Assembly: GCA_963724765.1 (NCBI GenBank)
Contig: CAVRVY010000004.1
Span: 352,001 to 416,000 of the forward strand
From: an uncultured delta proteobacterium
Lineage (GTDB): Bacteria > Desulfobacterota > Binatia > Binatales > Binataceae
DNA: 64,000 bases
Reading direction: 5' to 3'
Below the pieces are notes generated by a model. That model was not told the DNA's origin. It worked only from the letters and a program-made list of their open reading frames with translations, and did no database searches. Each line of letters starts with the position of its first letter. Position 1 is the first letter of the stretch. The translations under genes and the position numbers were made by a program. This document shows, piece after piece, positions 33,865-43,276 of this stretch.

Positions 33865-34707
33865 ATGCGCTCTAAATCCACTCCGACGCCCATTAAACTC
33901 GAACAGGTGGCGCTGCGCGCAGCGCGGGCGGCCGGCCGTATCCATCTGCAGCGGCTAAGCCGGATCAAGGTCACCCGCAAGACCAACGCGATCGACCTCG
34001 TCACCGAGGCTGATCGGGAAGCCGAACAGGCCGTCATCGGGACGCTCAGCCGCGCTTTCCCGGACCACGCGATCCTCGCCGAAGAGAGCGGGGCGAACGC
34101 GCGGCTGAGCGAGCATCGATGGATTATCGATCCGCTCGACGGTACGACCAATTTCGCGCATGGCTTTCCGCAGTTCTGCGTATCGATCGCCTACGAGCGC
34201 CGCGGGCGAGTCGAACTCGCCGTGGTGTTCGACGCGCTCAAGCGCGAACTGTTCGTCGCGGCGCGCGGCCGCGGTGCGCGGCTCAATGGGCGGCCGATCC
34301 ATGTAAGCGCGACGCCGTCGCTCGACCGCGCGCTGCTGGCGACCGGCTTTCCCTACGACCGGCGCGAGCGGCGCAACTTCTATTTCACCTTCTGGGAGGC
34401 CTTCATGATGCGCACGCAGGGGGTGCGGCGCACGGGCTCGGCCGCGCTGGATCTCTGCTACGTCGCCTGCGGGCGGGTCGACGCGTTCTGGGAATTTGGA
34501 CTGAAGGCGTGGGACGTGGCGGCCGGGGCGCTGGTCGTCACCGAGGCGAGCGGACGAGTGACCAATCTCGATGGCTCGGCGCTCGATCTCGACGCGCGCA
34601 AGATTCTCGCGAGCAATGGCAAGTTGCATCGCGCGATGCGCGCGACGATCGCGAAGGCGTGGCCGGAGGCGGAGCGCCGCCAGTCCGAGGGTCGCGCCGC
34701 TCCCTAA
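33865..34707 (+). CDS. suhB: Inositol monophosphatase family protein
   Basis: DLVTEAD, WIIDPLDGTTNFAHG, RRTGSAALDL, WDVAAG. Confidence 0.92.
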   Translation: MRSKSTPTPIKLEQVALRAARAAGRIHLQRLSRIKVTRKTNAIDLVTEADREAEQAVIGTLSRAFPDHAILAEESGANARLSEHRWIIDPLDGTTNFAHGFPQFCVSIAYERRGRVELAVVFDALKRELFVAARGRGARLNGRPIHVSATPSLDRALLATGFPYDRRERRNFYFTFWEAFMMRTQGVRRTGSAALDLCYVACGRVDAFWEFGLKAWDVAAGALVVTEASGRVTNLDGSALDLDARKILASNGKLHRAMRATIAKAWPEAERRQSEGRAAP

Positions 34708-34727
34708 CGCGCCCCTCCCCCTTTCCA

Positions 34728-34928
34728 GAGACTCTCGCGCTCACGGATCCGCTGGGAACCGCCTGGATTTCATCCATGGGCAATGAGATCGGCGACCTGT
34801 GCGCTTACAATTACGGCACGATCAACTGGGATTCGGGCGCGGCCAATGAGATGTGGAACGGTAACTTCTATCTGCTGCAGCAGGAGTACGACAATCACGT
34901 GGGCGAATGCGTCCAGCTTGGCCCCTAG
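34728..34928 (+). pseudogene. C-terminal remnant of a bacterial PHI-1/EXORDIUM-like protein
   Basis: LTDPLGTAW..GNEIGDLCAYNYG...FYLLQQEYDNHVGECVQLGP*; no N-terminus, abuts the suhB stop. Confidence 0.6.
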
Positions 34929-35026
34929 CGGGCGTTCTCGCAGGCGTCGCACCGGAACCGTCCGCGCGAGGCGCTTGTTAGGGTGGCGCGGCTGAGGTAC
35001 CTTCTGCACCTGCCCTCAGCAGGCAC

Positions 35027-35098
35027 GCCCCGGTAGTGAAAAGGACATCACGGAGGTCTCCGGAACCTCAAGTCCGGGTTCGATTCCCGGCCGGGGCA
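35027..35098 (+). tRNA. tRNA-Arg(CCG)
   Basis: Acceptor GCCCCGG/CCGGGGC, D arm GTGA/TCAC with A20, anticodon arm GAGGT-CTCCGGA-ACCTC, T arm CCGGG-TTCGATT-CCCGG; CCA not encoded. Confidence 0.95.
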
Positions 35099-35170
35099 CA
35101 CATCCCTGTTTCCTATCTGGTCTCAGCTATCAACCTGGTACCCAGCCCAGGCACGAGACCACCGGGGCGC

Positions 35171-36478
35171 TCAGCTCGCCGTCGAAGCGGGTAAAGGCGA
35201 TTGCCGATCTGATTGCGTGGCGCTATGCCTTTCGATCCAGACCAGCAGCAAAAGCGCCGGCAGCGTCGCGACGGTGGTGAGCAGAAAAAACGGCACCCAT
35301 CCCAGGCGCTCGGCGAGTACGCCGCCCGAGGAGGCCACAAGCGTGCGTCCCACCGCGGCCAGCGACGACAGCAGTGCATATTGAGTCGCGGTAAAAGCCG
35401 GCGAGCACAGGCTCGAAAGATAGGCCACCAGTGCCGCACCAGCCATCGCGCCGGTGAGATTTTCCGCCGCTACGCACAGCGCCAGGTAGTCCAAACGATG
35501 GCCGCCTATCGCCTGCAACACGTAAAACAGATTGCCCGCCGATTGCAGGACGCCGCACAGTATCAGGGCGCGCACGATTCCTAGACGCACGGTTACCAGG
35601 CCGCCGGCGAGCGCTCCAATCACGGTTGCAAAGAATCCAACCAGCTTGGAAATCGCCGCAATCTCAACCAGCGAAAAGCCGAGCGTGATATAAAGCGGCA
35701 TCGCCATCACGCCCGCCATCGCCTCGCCCAACTTGTAGCCCAGCACGAAGATGAGAATCGCGAGCCATCCCGGCCGCCGCATGAAGTCGGCGAACGGCCC
35801 GGCCACCGCCGTAGTCATCCACTCGCGAAGCGCCTCCCATCCGCGGCTTCGGCTGCTATCAGCCGGCTCTGGCGGCGGCAACGGCTCTGGGCCAAGCAGG
35901 AACACAAGCATCGCGACACTGAGGAGGGCAGCCATCGTCGCGTACGCCGCGAACCATCCAAAGCGAGCGGCGATCATCAGCGAGCCGGCGCCCGAGACCA
36001 GCATCGCCACTCGGTAACCGGTCTGGATCATGCCGGCGCCCGGCCCCTGCTGCTCCGGCGCGAGGATTTCGACCCGCCAGGCGTCGATAACGATGTCCTG
36101 GCTCGCCGAGAGAAACGCGACCAGCAGCGCGAGCGCGCCCATCATGGCGAGGCCGCGTTTGGGATCGCATGAGCCCAACGCGAGCATCGCGGCGACCAGC
36201 GCAATCTGGATCGTGAGCCCCCAGCCGCGCCGGCGCCCCAATGGCAGCGGCGGCGGTAATCGATCGATCAGCGGCGACCACAGGAACTTGAAGGCGTAGG
36301 GCGTGCCAACCAGGGCGAAAGCGCCGATCGCGGCGCGGCTCACGCCGGCGGTGGCGAGCCAGGCCGAGAGCGTCGAGAAAGTCAGCAGCAGTGGCAGGCC
36401 GCTGGCGAAGCCGAGCGGCAGAATCAGCAGCACGCGCCGATCGCTGTATACGGCGAGCGAGCGGCGCCATGGGCTCAT
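35171..36478 (-). CDS. ampG: AmpG-family muropeptide MFS transporter
   Basis: LGFASGLP, PYAFKFLWSPLID, SASQDIVIDAWR, FTATQYALLSS. Confidence 0.93.
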   Translation of the reverse strand: MSPWRRSLAVYSDRRVLLILPLGFASGLPLLLTFSTLSAWLATAGVSRAAIGAFALVGTPYAFKFLWSPLIDRLPPPLPLGRRRGWGLTIQIALVAAMLALGSCDPKRGLAMMGALALLVAFLSASQDIVIDAWRVEILAPEQQGPGAGMIQTGYRVAMLVSGAGSLMIAARFGWFAAYATMAALLSVAMLVFLLGPEPLPPPEPADSSRSRGWEALREWMTTAVAGPFADFMRRPGWLAILIFVLGYKLGEAMAGVMAMPLYITLGFSLVEIAAISKLVGFFATVIGALAGGLVTVRLGIVRALILCGVLQSAGNLFYVLQAIGGHRLDYLALCVAAENLTGAMAGAALVAYLSSLCSPAFTATQYALLSSLAAVGRTLVASSGGVLAERLGWVPFFLLTTVATLPALLLLVWIERHSATQSDRQSPLPASTAS

Positions 36479-36509
36479 GCTCTTGCTTCTCTCGTCACCC
36501 GTTGGTCCT

Positions 36510-37022
36510 TCAGCGCTTGTAGGCCGGGTCCTCGCGCGATCGCTTTCCGCAAATGAATCCCTCGGTCGGAAAAACCCTCTCAATTTTATCGATCCGGCTT
36601 CGATCGAAGACCACCTGGCGATGGGCGATCTTCCACACCCCGGCGCGGCGCTCGAAGCGATCGGCGTATCTTCCGGCGAAAACCAGATCGGCCGTCGTAC
36701 CACCCTTCTCCTGGCGCCGATGAATACCGAAAAAGTAGCTCTCGCAGTACGCGACGTCGCCGTCGACTTCGATCAGTTCGTTGGCGATATAGTGGCTGGT
36801 CCCGTCATCCCGGACCAGCGCATTCAGCGCCCACGGAATGAAATCAGTGGCTTTGCCTTTGAACATTCCGTGATCGTCGGTTGCGTCGGGATGATACACG
36901 CTATGGAGCAGTTCCGAATCGCAGCGGTCGATACCCCGGCAATAGCGCATCAGGACTTCGTGGATCTCCTGCTTGTCCAGGAGCACGCGCAGGGCGCGTT
37001 CGGTTTTTTCGTCGATGCTCAT
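36510..37022 (-). CDS. SnoaL-like/NTF2 family protein (LinA-like)
   Basis: RYCRGIDRCD, YHPDATDDHG, GRYADRFERRAGVWKIAHR. Confidence 0.88.
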   Translation of the reverse strand: MSIDEKTERALRVLLDKQEIHEVLMRYCRGIDRCDSELLHSVYHPDATDDHGMFKGKATDFIPWALNALVRDDGTSHYIANELIEVDGDVAYCESYFFGIHRRQEKGGTTADLVFAGRYADRFERRAGVWKIAHRQVVFDRSRIDKIERVFPTEGFICGKRSREDPAYKR

Positions 37023-37026
37023 GTTT

Positions 37027-38238
37027 CTATTTCAACTCCTCGATTGAGTCCGCCAGCGAAGGATCACCCGACATTATCGCTCGCGCCAGGGCGAAGCGAT
37101 GCACTTCCGACGGACCGTCATAGATTCGAAACGCGCGGATGTCGCGGTAGATACGTTCGACCACCGTGTCGGCGGTGATGCCGAGGCCGCCGAGAATCTG
37201 CAGCGAACGATCGACCACCCGCCCGAGCGCTTCCGAACAGAACACCTTGCAGAGGCTCGTCTCGTTACGCGCCCGCTCACCGCGATCGAGCAACCAGGCC
37301 GAATGCCAGATCGCGAGGCGGCACAGATGCAGGTCGGAGGCGTTGTCGGCAAGCTGAAACCCCACGCCCTGGTGCTCGCCGATAAGCTTGCCGAATGCGT
37401 GACGGCGCCGTGCGTAGTCAGCCGCGATGGCGTGGCAGCGCCGGGCCGCGCCGAGCCATCGCATGCAATGCGTCAGCCGCGCCGGGCCGAGACGCACCTG
37501 GGCGTTGCGAAAGCCGTGACCGACCTGTCCCAGAATCCGCTCGGTGCCGACGCGCACGTCGTTAAACTCCACTTCCGCGTGGCCGCCGGGGGTGTTGTTG
37601 TCGAGCGTCTCGAGTTGGCGCACGATCCTGAAACCGGGCGCGTCCATGTCAACCAAAAACATGGTTGCTCCGCGGTCGGTTCCGTCCTCGTCGAGCGTGC
37701 GCGCCATCACAATGTTGATGCTCGCGCCGGGAGCGCCGGTGATCAGCCACTTGCGCCCCGAGATGACAAATTCGTCGCCGTGGCGGCGCGCCGTCGTCTT
37801 CATCAGATTGGGGTCCGAGCCCGCGCCGTCGTCGGGCTCGGTCATCGAAAAGACCGTGCGGATCTCGCCCGCGACCAGCGGCCGCAGCCATCGTTCCTTC
37901 TGCTCGTCGTTCGCAATCTTGTCGAGCAGATTGGTGTTGCCTTCATCGGGCGCCATGATATTGAGCGCGAGCGGGCCGAGCGGCGACCATCCTGCGGCCT
38001 CGAACACCACCGACATCGAGCGATGGTCCAGGCCGAGGCCGCCCCATTTGGCCGGCGCATGCGGCGAGAGCAGACCGGCCGCGCGGCCGAGCGCGATCAG
38101 CTCGCGCCGAAAATCCTCGCTGGGGCCGTGCGGCCCCTGTCTCGGGTCGCGTTCCAGCGGCACGATCGCTTCGCGGATAAAGCGGTCGACCCGCGCTTTG
38201 AGCTCGGCCAGGTCGGGGGGAAGCGAAAAATCGATCAC
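37027..38238 (-). CDS. Acyl-CoA dehydrogenase (ACAD10/11-like)
   Basis: APDEGN, FSMTEP..GSDP, RLGPARLTHCMR, RIYDGPSEVH. Confidence 0.92.
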   Translation of the reverse strand: MIDFSLPPDLAELKARVDRFIREAIVPLERDPRQGPHGPSEDFRRELIALGRAAGLLSPHAPAKWGGLGLDHRSMSVVFEAAGWSPLGPLALNIMAPDEGNTNLLDKIANDEQKERWLRPLVAGEIRTVFSMTEPDDGAGSDPNLMKTTARRHGDEFVISGRKWLITGAPGASINIVMARTLDEDGTDRGATMFLVDMDAPGFRIVRQLETLDNNTPGGHAEVEFNDVRVGTERILGQVGHGFRNAQVRLGPARLTHCMRWLGAARRCHAIAADYARRRHAFGKLIGEHQGVGFQLADNASDLHLCRLAIWHSAWLLDRGERARNETSLCKVFCSEALGRVVDRSLQILGGLGITADTVVERIYRDIRAFRIYDGPSEVHRFALARAIMSGDPSLADSIEELK

Positions 38239-38461
38239 AGTTCACTCCTGAAGCGCACCAATCCGCTCAAAGCGGTGGCTTACGCCCACGACTACTAAGC
38301 CGCGCGGCGCCCGACCGTCAAGCGGCAGCACGCGGCGCTTCCGGCACGTGCGATGGCGGCCGGGCTCCTTGCAAATCCACAGTCCTGTGCTAAAGCGAAG
38401 ACGAATAATGGCTGCAACGCGCCGGCCGCTCATCGCTAAGCCTCGGGGAGTCATCAAACCA

Positions 38462-39226
38462 ATGGCCAATCTGCTTGAAGGAAAAATCGCGCTGATAACC
38501 GGTAGCGGAAGCGGAATCGGCCGTATGACCGCTTTTGCCTTTGCGCGCGAGGGCGCGACCGTCGTTTGTGCCGACGTGAATCAGGAAAGCGGCGAGACGA
38601 CCGCCGCCAAAATCCGCGAGGCCGGAGGTAAGGCGGAATTCGCGATGGCCGAGGTTAGCGACGACGCCCAGGTGCAGGCGCTGATCGCCCGGATCGTCAA
38701 GACACACGGGCGCCTGGATTGCGCCTACAATAACGCCGGCATCGAGGGCGACGTCATCGACACGCACGAGGCCTCCGAGCGCAACTTTGACCGCGTGATG
38801 GCCATCAACGTGAAGGGCGTATGGCTCTGCATGAAGTACGAGATTCGCCAGATGCGCAAACAAGGGGGCGGCGCGATTGTGAATACCGCCTCGGCCGCCG
38901 GACTCATGGGCTTTCGCAGCCTGCCCATCTACGTCGCAAGCAAGCACGCGGTGGTGGGGCTGACCAAGAGCGCGGCGCTCGAAAACGCCGAGGCCGGCAT
39001 CAGGATCAACGCGGTCTGTCCGGGGCCAGTCGACACGCCGATGATGGAGCGGATCACCAACAACGAGGGACAGCCGGGGCGCAAGGACTTCGAAGCCTTC
39101 GTTCCGATGCGTCGCTATGCCGTGCCGCAGGAGATCGCCAACGCGGTGGTATGGCTCTGTTCCGACCAGGCATCGTACGTGACTGGCACGACCATGCGCG
39201 TCGACGGCGGGCTCGCGGCCTCTTAG
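38462..39226 (+). CDS. Short-chain dehydrogenase/reductase
   Basis: TGSGSGIG, NNAG, YVASKH, RINAVCPG. Confidence 0.93.
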   Translation: MANLLEGKIALITGSGSGIGRMTAFAFAREGATVVCADVNQESGETTAAKIREAGGKAEFAMAEVSDDAQVQALIARIVKTHGRLDCAYNNAGIEGDVIDTHEASERNFDRVMAINVKGVWLCMKYEIRQMRKQGGGAIVNTASAAGLMGFRSLPIYVASKHAVVGLTKSAALENAEAGIRINAVCPGPVDTPMMERITNNEGQPGRKDFEAFVPMRRYAVPQEIANAVVWLCSDQASYVTGTTMRVDGGLAAS

Positions 39227-39261
39227 CGCCGGCGCGTGGCGAGAGGCGCCCCGCCGGCATC

Positions 39262-40257
39262 CTACGCCTCCACTTCGACCTCGAATCCTGAGCGCTCGAT
39301 CAACTCGCGCGTGCGGTCGAAGTTCCATCCGCCAGTGGTCAGATAACCGTTGACGAAGATCGAATTGACGGCGTTGAAAATATCGCCCTGCCGCTCGCCG
39401 AGATTCAGTTCGCGTCCGCCCGCGGCGCGAACTTCACTGCGCGGATTGAGCAGCCGGAACAGGCACGCGGCCTTGAGGCATCGTTCGGGCGTCAGGCGTC
39501 GCGCGTTTTCAAGCGGCGTTGCGGCGATCGGATGCAAAAAGTTGAGCGGCACCGACTCGGCGCGCAAACGGCTGGTCGCCAGCGCCAGGTCGATCACATC
39601 GTCGTCCGTCTCGCCCATTCCGATGATTCCGCCCGAGCAAACCGACAATCCCGCCGCGCGCACGTTTTCGATCGTTCGCACGCGATCGTCCCACGTGTGG
39701 GTCGTACAAATCTCCGGATAGAAGCGGCGGCTGGCATTGAGGTTGTGATTGATCCATCCGGCTCCAGCCTCTTTGAGACGCCGGGCCTGTTCCTGATCCA
39801 TCAGACCGAGCGAAAGGCATAGCTCGAGCCGTGGAAACTCGGCCCGGATGCTCTCGCAGGCCGCGGCCAGATGCTCGATCTCGCGCGGACCCGGGCCGCG
39901 CATGCTGCACACCATGCAGTAGCGTCGGGCGCCGCTGGCGACCGCCAGCCGAGCGCCCTCGATTAGCTCGGCAACGCTTTGCAGCTTGTAGACCGGGATG
40001 TCCGCGCGCGAGAGCCGCGACTGGGAGCAATAGTGACAATCTTCAGGACAGATGCCGCTTTGCGCGTTGCGCAGAATACAGATCTTAACGCGGCGTCCGA
40101 ACGTGGTCTCTCGCACGGCTAGGGTTGCCGCGAGCAACTCCGGAAGTTTGTCGTCGGGGCAATTCAGAACCGCGCTCAACTCCGCGCGCTGCAACTCCTC
40201 GCCTGCGAGCACTCGCTCGACCATCCTGTCCAATTCAAGTTCGTTGAAGTGCAACAC
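39262..40257 (-). CDS. bioB: Biotin synthase
   Basis: CPEDCHYCSQS radical-SAM motif, NHNLN, CSGGIIGMGE, SVPLNFL, RAAGGRE, GYLTT. Confidence 0.95.
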   Translation of the reverse strand: MLHFNELELDRMVERVLAGEELQRAELSAVLNCPDDKLPELLAATLAVRETTFGRRVKICILRNAQSGICPEDCHYCSQSRLSRADIPVYKLQSVAELIEGARLAVASGARRYCMVCSMRGPGPREIEHLAAACESIRAEFPRLELCLSLGLMDQEQARRLKEAGAGWINHNLNASRRFYPEICTTHTWDDRVRTIENVRAAGLSVCSGGIIGMGETDDDVIDLALATSRLRAESVPLNFLHPIAATPLENARRLTPERCLKAACLFRLLNPRSEVRAAGGRELNLGERQGDIFNAVNSIFVNGYLTTGGWNFDRTRELIERSGFEVEVEA

Positions 40258-40326
40258 CTTTAGCCTCTCCTCAAGTGTCCGTGGGACAGAGCGAGCGACA
40301 TTTTCTCACGGCGATGTACCGACTCC

Positions 40327-40674
40327 AATAACCCGGCGACGGAAAAGGCGTATGGCTACACGGCCAAGGAGGCGATTGGAAGGAGTATCGAGTTGTTCGC
40401 CGCCCGAAGAAGTTCCGCAACGTCTTGCGGCCACCCGGCGGGTCGCCGAAACCGGACAAGCGGTGTCATGGGAGCAATCTGCCCACAAAAAGGACGGCAC
40501 CTCGTGCATTCCGCGGTCAGTATTTTCTCCCGGCATGCACCCGGAAACATCATCAATGTGGCGGGCATCGGGCGCGACATCACGGCGCTCAAGAACATCG
40601 AGAAGGACCTGCGCGGAGCCCCCTACGACGACGCGCCGGTCGCGACGTTCAGCGCCGCAGCCCGGCCTGCTTGA
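40327..40674 (+). pseudogene. Frameshifted PAS/PAC sensor-domain remnant
   Basis: NPATEKAYGYTAKEAIGRSIEL, then other frame PPEEVPQRL..KKDGT, then back SAVSIF..GNIINVAGIGRDITALKNIEKDLR. Confidence 0.75.
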
Positions 40675-41759
40675 GCAGCGGCATCACGGCGCGCTCGAAA
40701 TAGGTCAGCTCCTCGTGGTAGTCGAGGAATCCGAGAATCACGCCCTGGATTCCCATCGCGCTTATCATCTTTAACTGATCGACCACCTGCCCAGGGGTAC
40801 CGACGATCGGATAGCCGCCCCATCCAAGGATGAAGCGTTCGCCGAAGCTTTTTATCTGCTCGTTAAACGATCCGCTCTCGATTCCCAACACCTTCATGAT
40901 GTTGGTCGCGGCGCCCCAATCGCCCTTCTCCAGGATCTCGCGCCGGACTTCCTGCGCTTCGCGCTCGGTGTCGCGACAGATCATCATCGCGTAGGTCATG
41001 GCGCCGATTTCCCGCCCGTGCCCGCGCGCGCCGGTGCAAGTCGGCGACCACTTCCCTGCCGTGCTCGATGGTGTCGAGAGTCAAAAAATTGAAATCGACT
41101 TCGCGCGCTGAAAATTCGAGTCCTGCAGCCGAGTTTCCGGCGTTGACCAGCACCGGATATGGTTTCTGCAGCGGCTTGGGATGCGCCTGGCCCTGGCGAA
41201 TGTGAAAATATTTGCCGTCGAAATCGAACGGCTCTTCGTCGGTCCATAGGCGCTTGACGATACCGAGCCATTCGGCACCGAAGGCGTAGCGCTCGTCGTG
41301 CTCGCGCTGCGGCGCGCCGAACATCTCCATCTCGGGCGTAAACCAGCCCATCACCAGGTTCAGTCCGAAGCGCCCGTTAGAGACGTGGTCCACCGTTACG
41401 CTTTGCTTGGCCGCGACGATCGGATGGACCGTGGGCACGTGCGAGGTCGAGAACACCATGATGCGCTCGGTCGCGGCGGCCAGCGCCGCCGCCCAGGTGT
41501 AGGTCTCGAAGCAGGTGCCGTTGAAATCGGTGGTGCCGCCAAAGCCGCGCCATCGCGCGATCGGCACCAGCATCTCGAACCCCATCGCCTCGGCGCGTCG
41601 CGCGATCGCGAGACTGTGCTGCCAGGTGGCGCGGTAGGTCGTCGGCGCGTGCGAGACCGTCAGCCCGTTGCTGCAGTTGGTGCCGAAGAGTCCCAGTTTG
41701 AGCTTCTGGTCATTGTAGAGCGGACAGTTCGGACGTTCGATTTCCGCCGTTCGCGCCAT
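40649..41759 (-). pseudogene. LLM flavin monooxygenase (RutA/SfnG-like) split by a frameshift near 41023-41030
   Basis: N part LVPIARWRGFGG, VDHVSNGRFGLNLV, NAGNS; C part in another frame HGREIGAMTY...IVGTPGQV..YFERAVMPLLKQAGLR. Confidence 0.8.
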
Positions 41760-41809
41760 TCGCTCAACCTCCGCACCACCCGTGTCCATCACTCGTCTAC
41801 CGTTTGCGT

Positions 41810-43231
41810 CTACTGTTTTTGCTCGGCCAGCCACGAGTCGGTCCGCGCCAGTGAGGCTTTGAGCTTATCGATCAGCAAATCGATTTCCTGGGCCGTGATG
41901 ATCAGCGGAGGCGACATACATAGGGTATCGCCGACCGCGCGGACCAGCAGACCTTCCTCGCGCGCCAGGTCGCGCCAATGACCGCCGACGCCGAGCGACT
42001 CAGGAAACGCTTCGCGAGTCTGAGGATTGCGCACCAGTTCGACGCCAGCCATCAGGCCCAGAGCGCGAATTTCACCCACGATCGGTGAAGAACGCAGTTC
42101 CTGGAGCCGCTGAGCGAGCCGCTCGCCCATCTTGCGCGAGTTCTCGACGATGCCGTCGCGCTCCATGATTTCGAGCGTCTTGAGGCCCGCGGCGCAGCAG
42201 GCCGGATTGCCGGTATTGGTAAAGCCGTGCCATACCGCCGCGCCGGCCGACGAGTCCAGCAGCGTCTGATAGATCCGTTCGTGAACGATCACCGCGCCTA
42301 GCGGCAGATAGCCGCTGCTGATGCCCTTGGCGCAGGAGATGATGTCGGGCCGCACGTCCCAGTGCTCGCAGGCGAACATCTTCCCGGTGCGGCCGGCGCC
42401 GGTGATTACTTCGTCCGCGACCATCAGGACGTCGTACTTGTCGCAAATCTGGCGGATGCGGGTCCAGTATTCCCTGGGCGCGGGAATCACGCCGCCGGCG
42501 CCCATCACCGGCTCGGCGATGAAGAACGCAACGCGGTCAGGCCCTTCGGCGACAATCGCTTTTTCGAGTTCATCGGCGCAGGCGACCGCACAGGACGGAT
42601 ATTCCTTGCCCAACGGACAGCGGTAGCAATATGGCGGAGCGATGTGCCGCACGTCGGGCAGCATCGGCTCGAAGAACTCGTGAAAGTGATCGATGCCGGT
42701 GAGGCTGGCGGCGCCGCACGACGAACCGTGATAGCCCTTGATGCGGGCGATCGCGACGGTCTTGTTCTTATAGCCCCGCAGGCGATGGTACAGGCGCGAG
42801 AGGCGTATGACGGATTCATTGGATTCCGAACCGCCGCTGGTGAAGAAGACCCGATCGAGCCCCGGGGGCGCCAGCGAGGCCAGTTTGGCGGCGAGCTCGA
42901 TCGCCGGCGGCGTTGAGATGTTCAGCAGTCCGAGATGGAAAGAGAGCGTCTCGAGCTGCTGGGCAACCGCGTCAGCGATCTCCTTGTTGCCAAAGCCCAG
43001 ATTGACGTTCCAGATCGCCGAGCTGCCGTCGAGGTATTGCTTGCCGTTGGCGTCCCACACGAACACGCCCTTGCCGCGGACGATGATGAGCGAGCCCTGC
43101 TGCGCGTGATCCTCGAGCGAGGCGAAGCCGGGCAGCTTGTGCTTGCGATCAAGCTCGTCAAGGCGCTTGGCGTCGATCTCGAAGCGTAGCGCGTTCGCGG
43201 CGCCTGCGGGTTTTTGTACTGCTGTAGCCAT
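41810..43231 (-). CDS. Class III PLP aminotransferase (omega-amino acid/putrescine:pyruvate type)
   Basis: FTSGGSESN, GYHGSS, FIAEPVMGAGG, ADEVITGAGRTG, AKGISSGYLP. Confidence 0.92.
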   Translation of the reverse strand: MATAVQKPAGAANALRFEIDAKRLDELDRKHKLPGFASLEDHAQQGSLIIVRGKGVFVWDANGKQYLDGSSAIWNVNLGFGNKEIADAVAQQLETLSFHLGLLNISTPPAIELAAKLASLAPPGLDRVFFTSGGSESNESVIRLSRLYHRLRGYKNKTVAIARIKGYHGSSCGAASLTGIDHFHEFFEPMLPDVRHIAPPYCYRCPLGKEYPSCAVACADELEKAIVAEGPDRVAFFIAEPVMGAGGVIPAPREYWTRIRQICDKYDVLMVADEVITGAGRTGKMFACEHWDVRPDIISCAKGISSGYLPLGAVIVHERIYQTLLDSSAGAAVWHGFTNTGNPACCAAGLKTLEIMERDGIVENSRKMGERLAQRLQELRSSPIVGEIRALGLMAGVELVRNPQTREAFPESLGVGGHWRDLAREEGLLVRAVGDTLCMSPPLIITAQEIDLLIDKLKASLARTDSWLAEQKQ

Positions 43232-43276
43232 TGGAGATTCTCCTGCTTTCCGCCGCTCTGTGGCGCACGATGCGCT

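Noticed and set aside
34119-34928. 269-aa overlapping ORF
   Set aside because: Mostly an off-frame read of suhB; only the last 66 or so codons are protein-like.
41007-41013. G GGA AAT slippery heptamer as a programmed -1 frameshift in the LLM gene
   Set aside because: Joining the halves needs +1/-2; a -1 shift enters the wrong frame.
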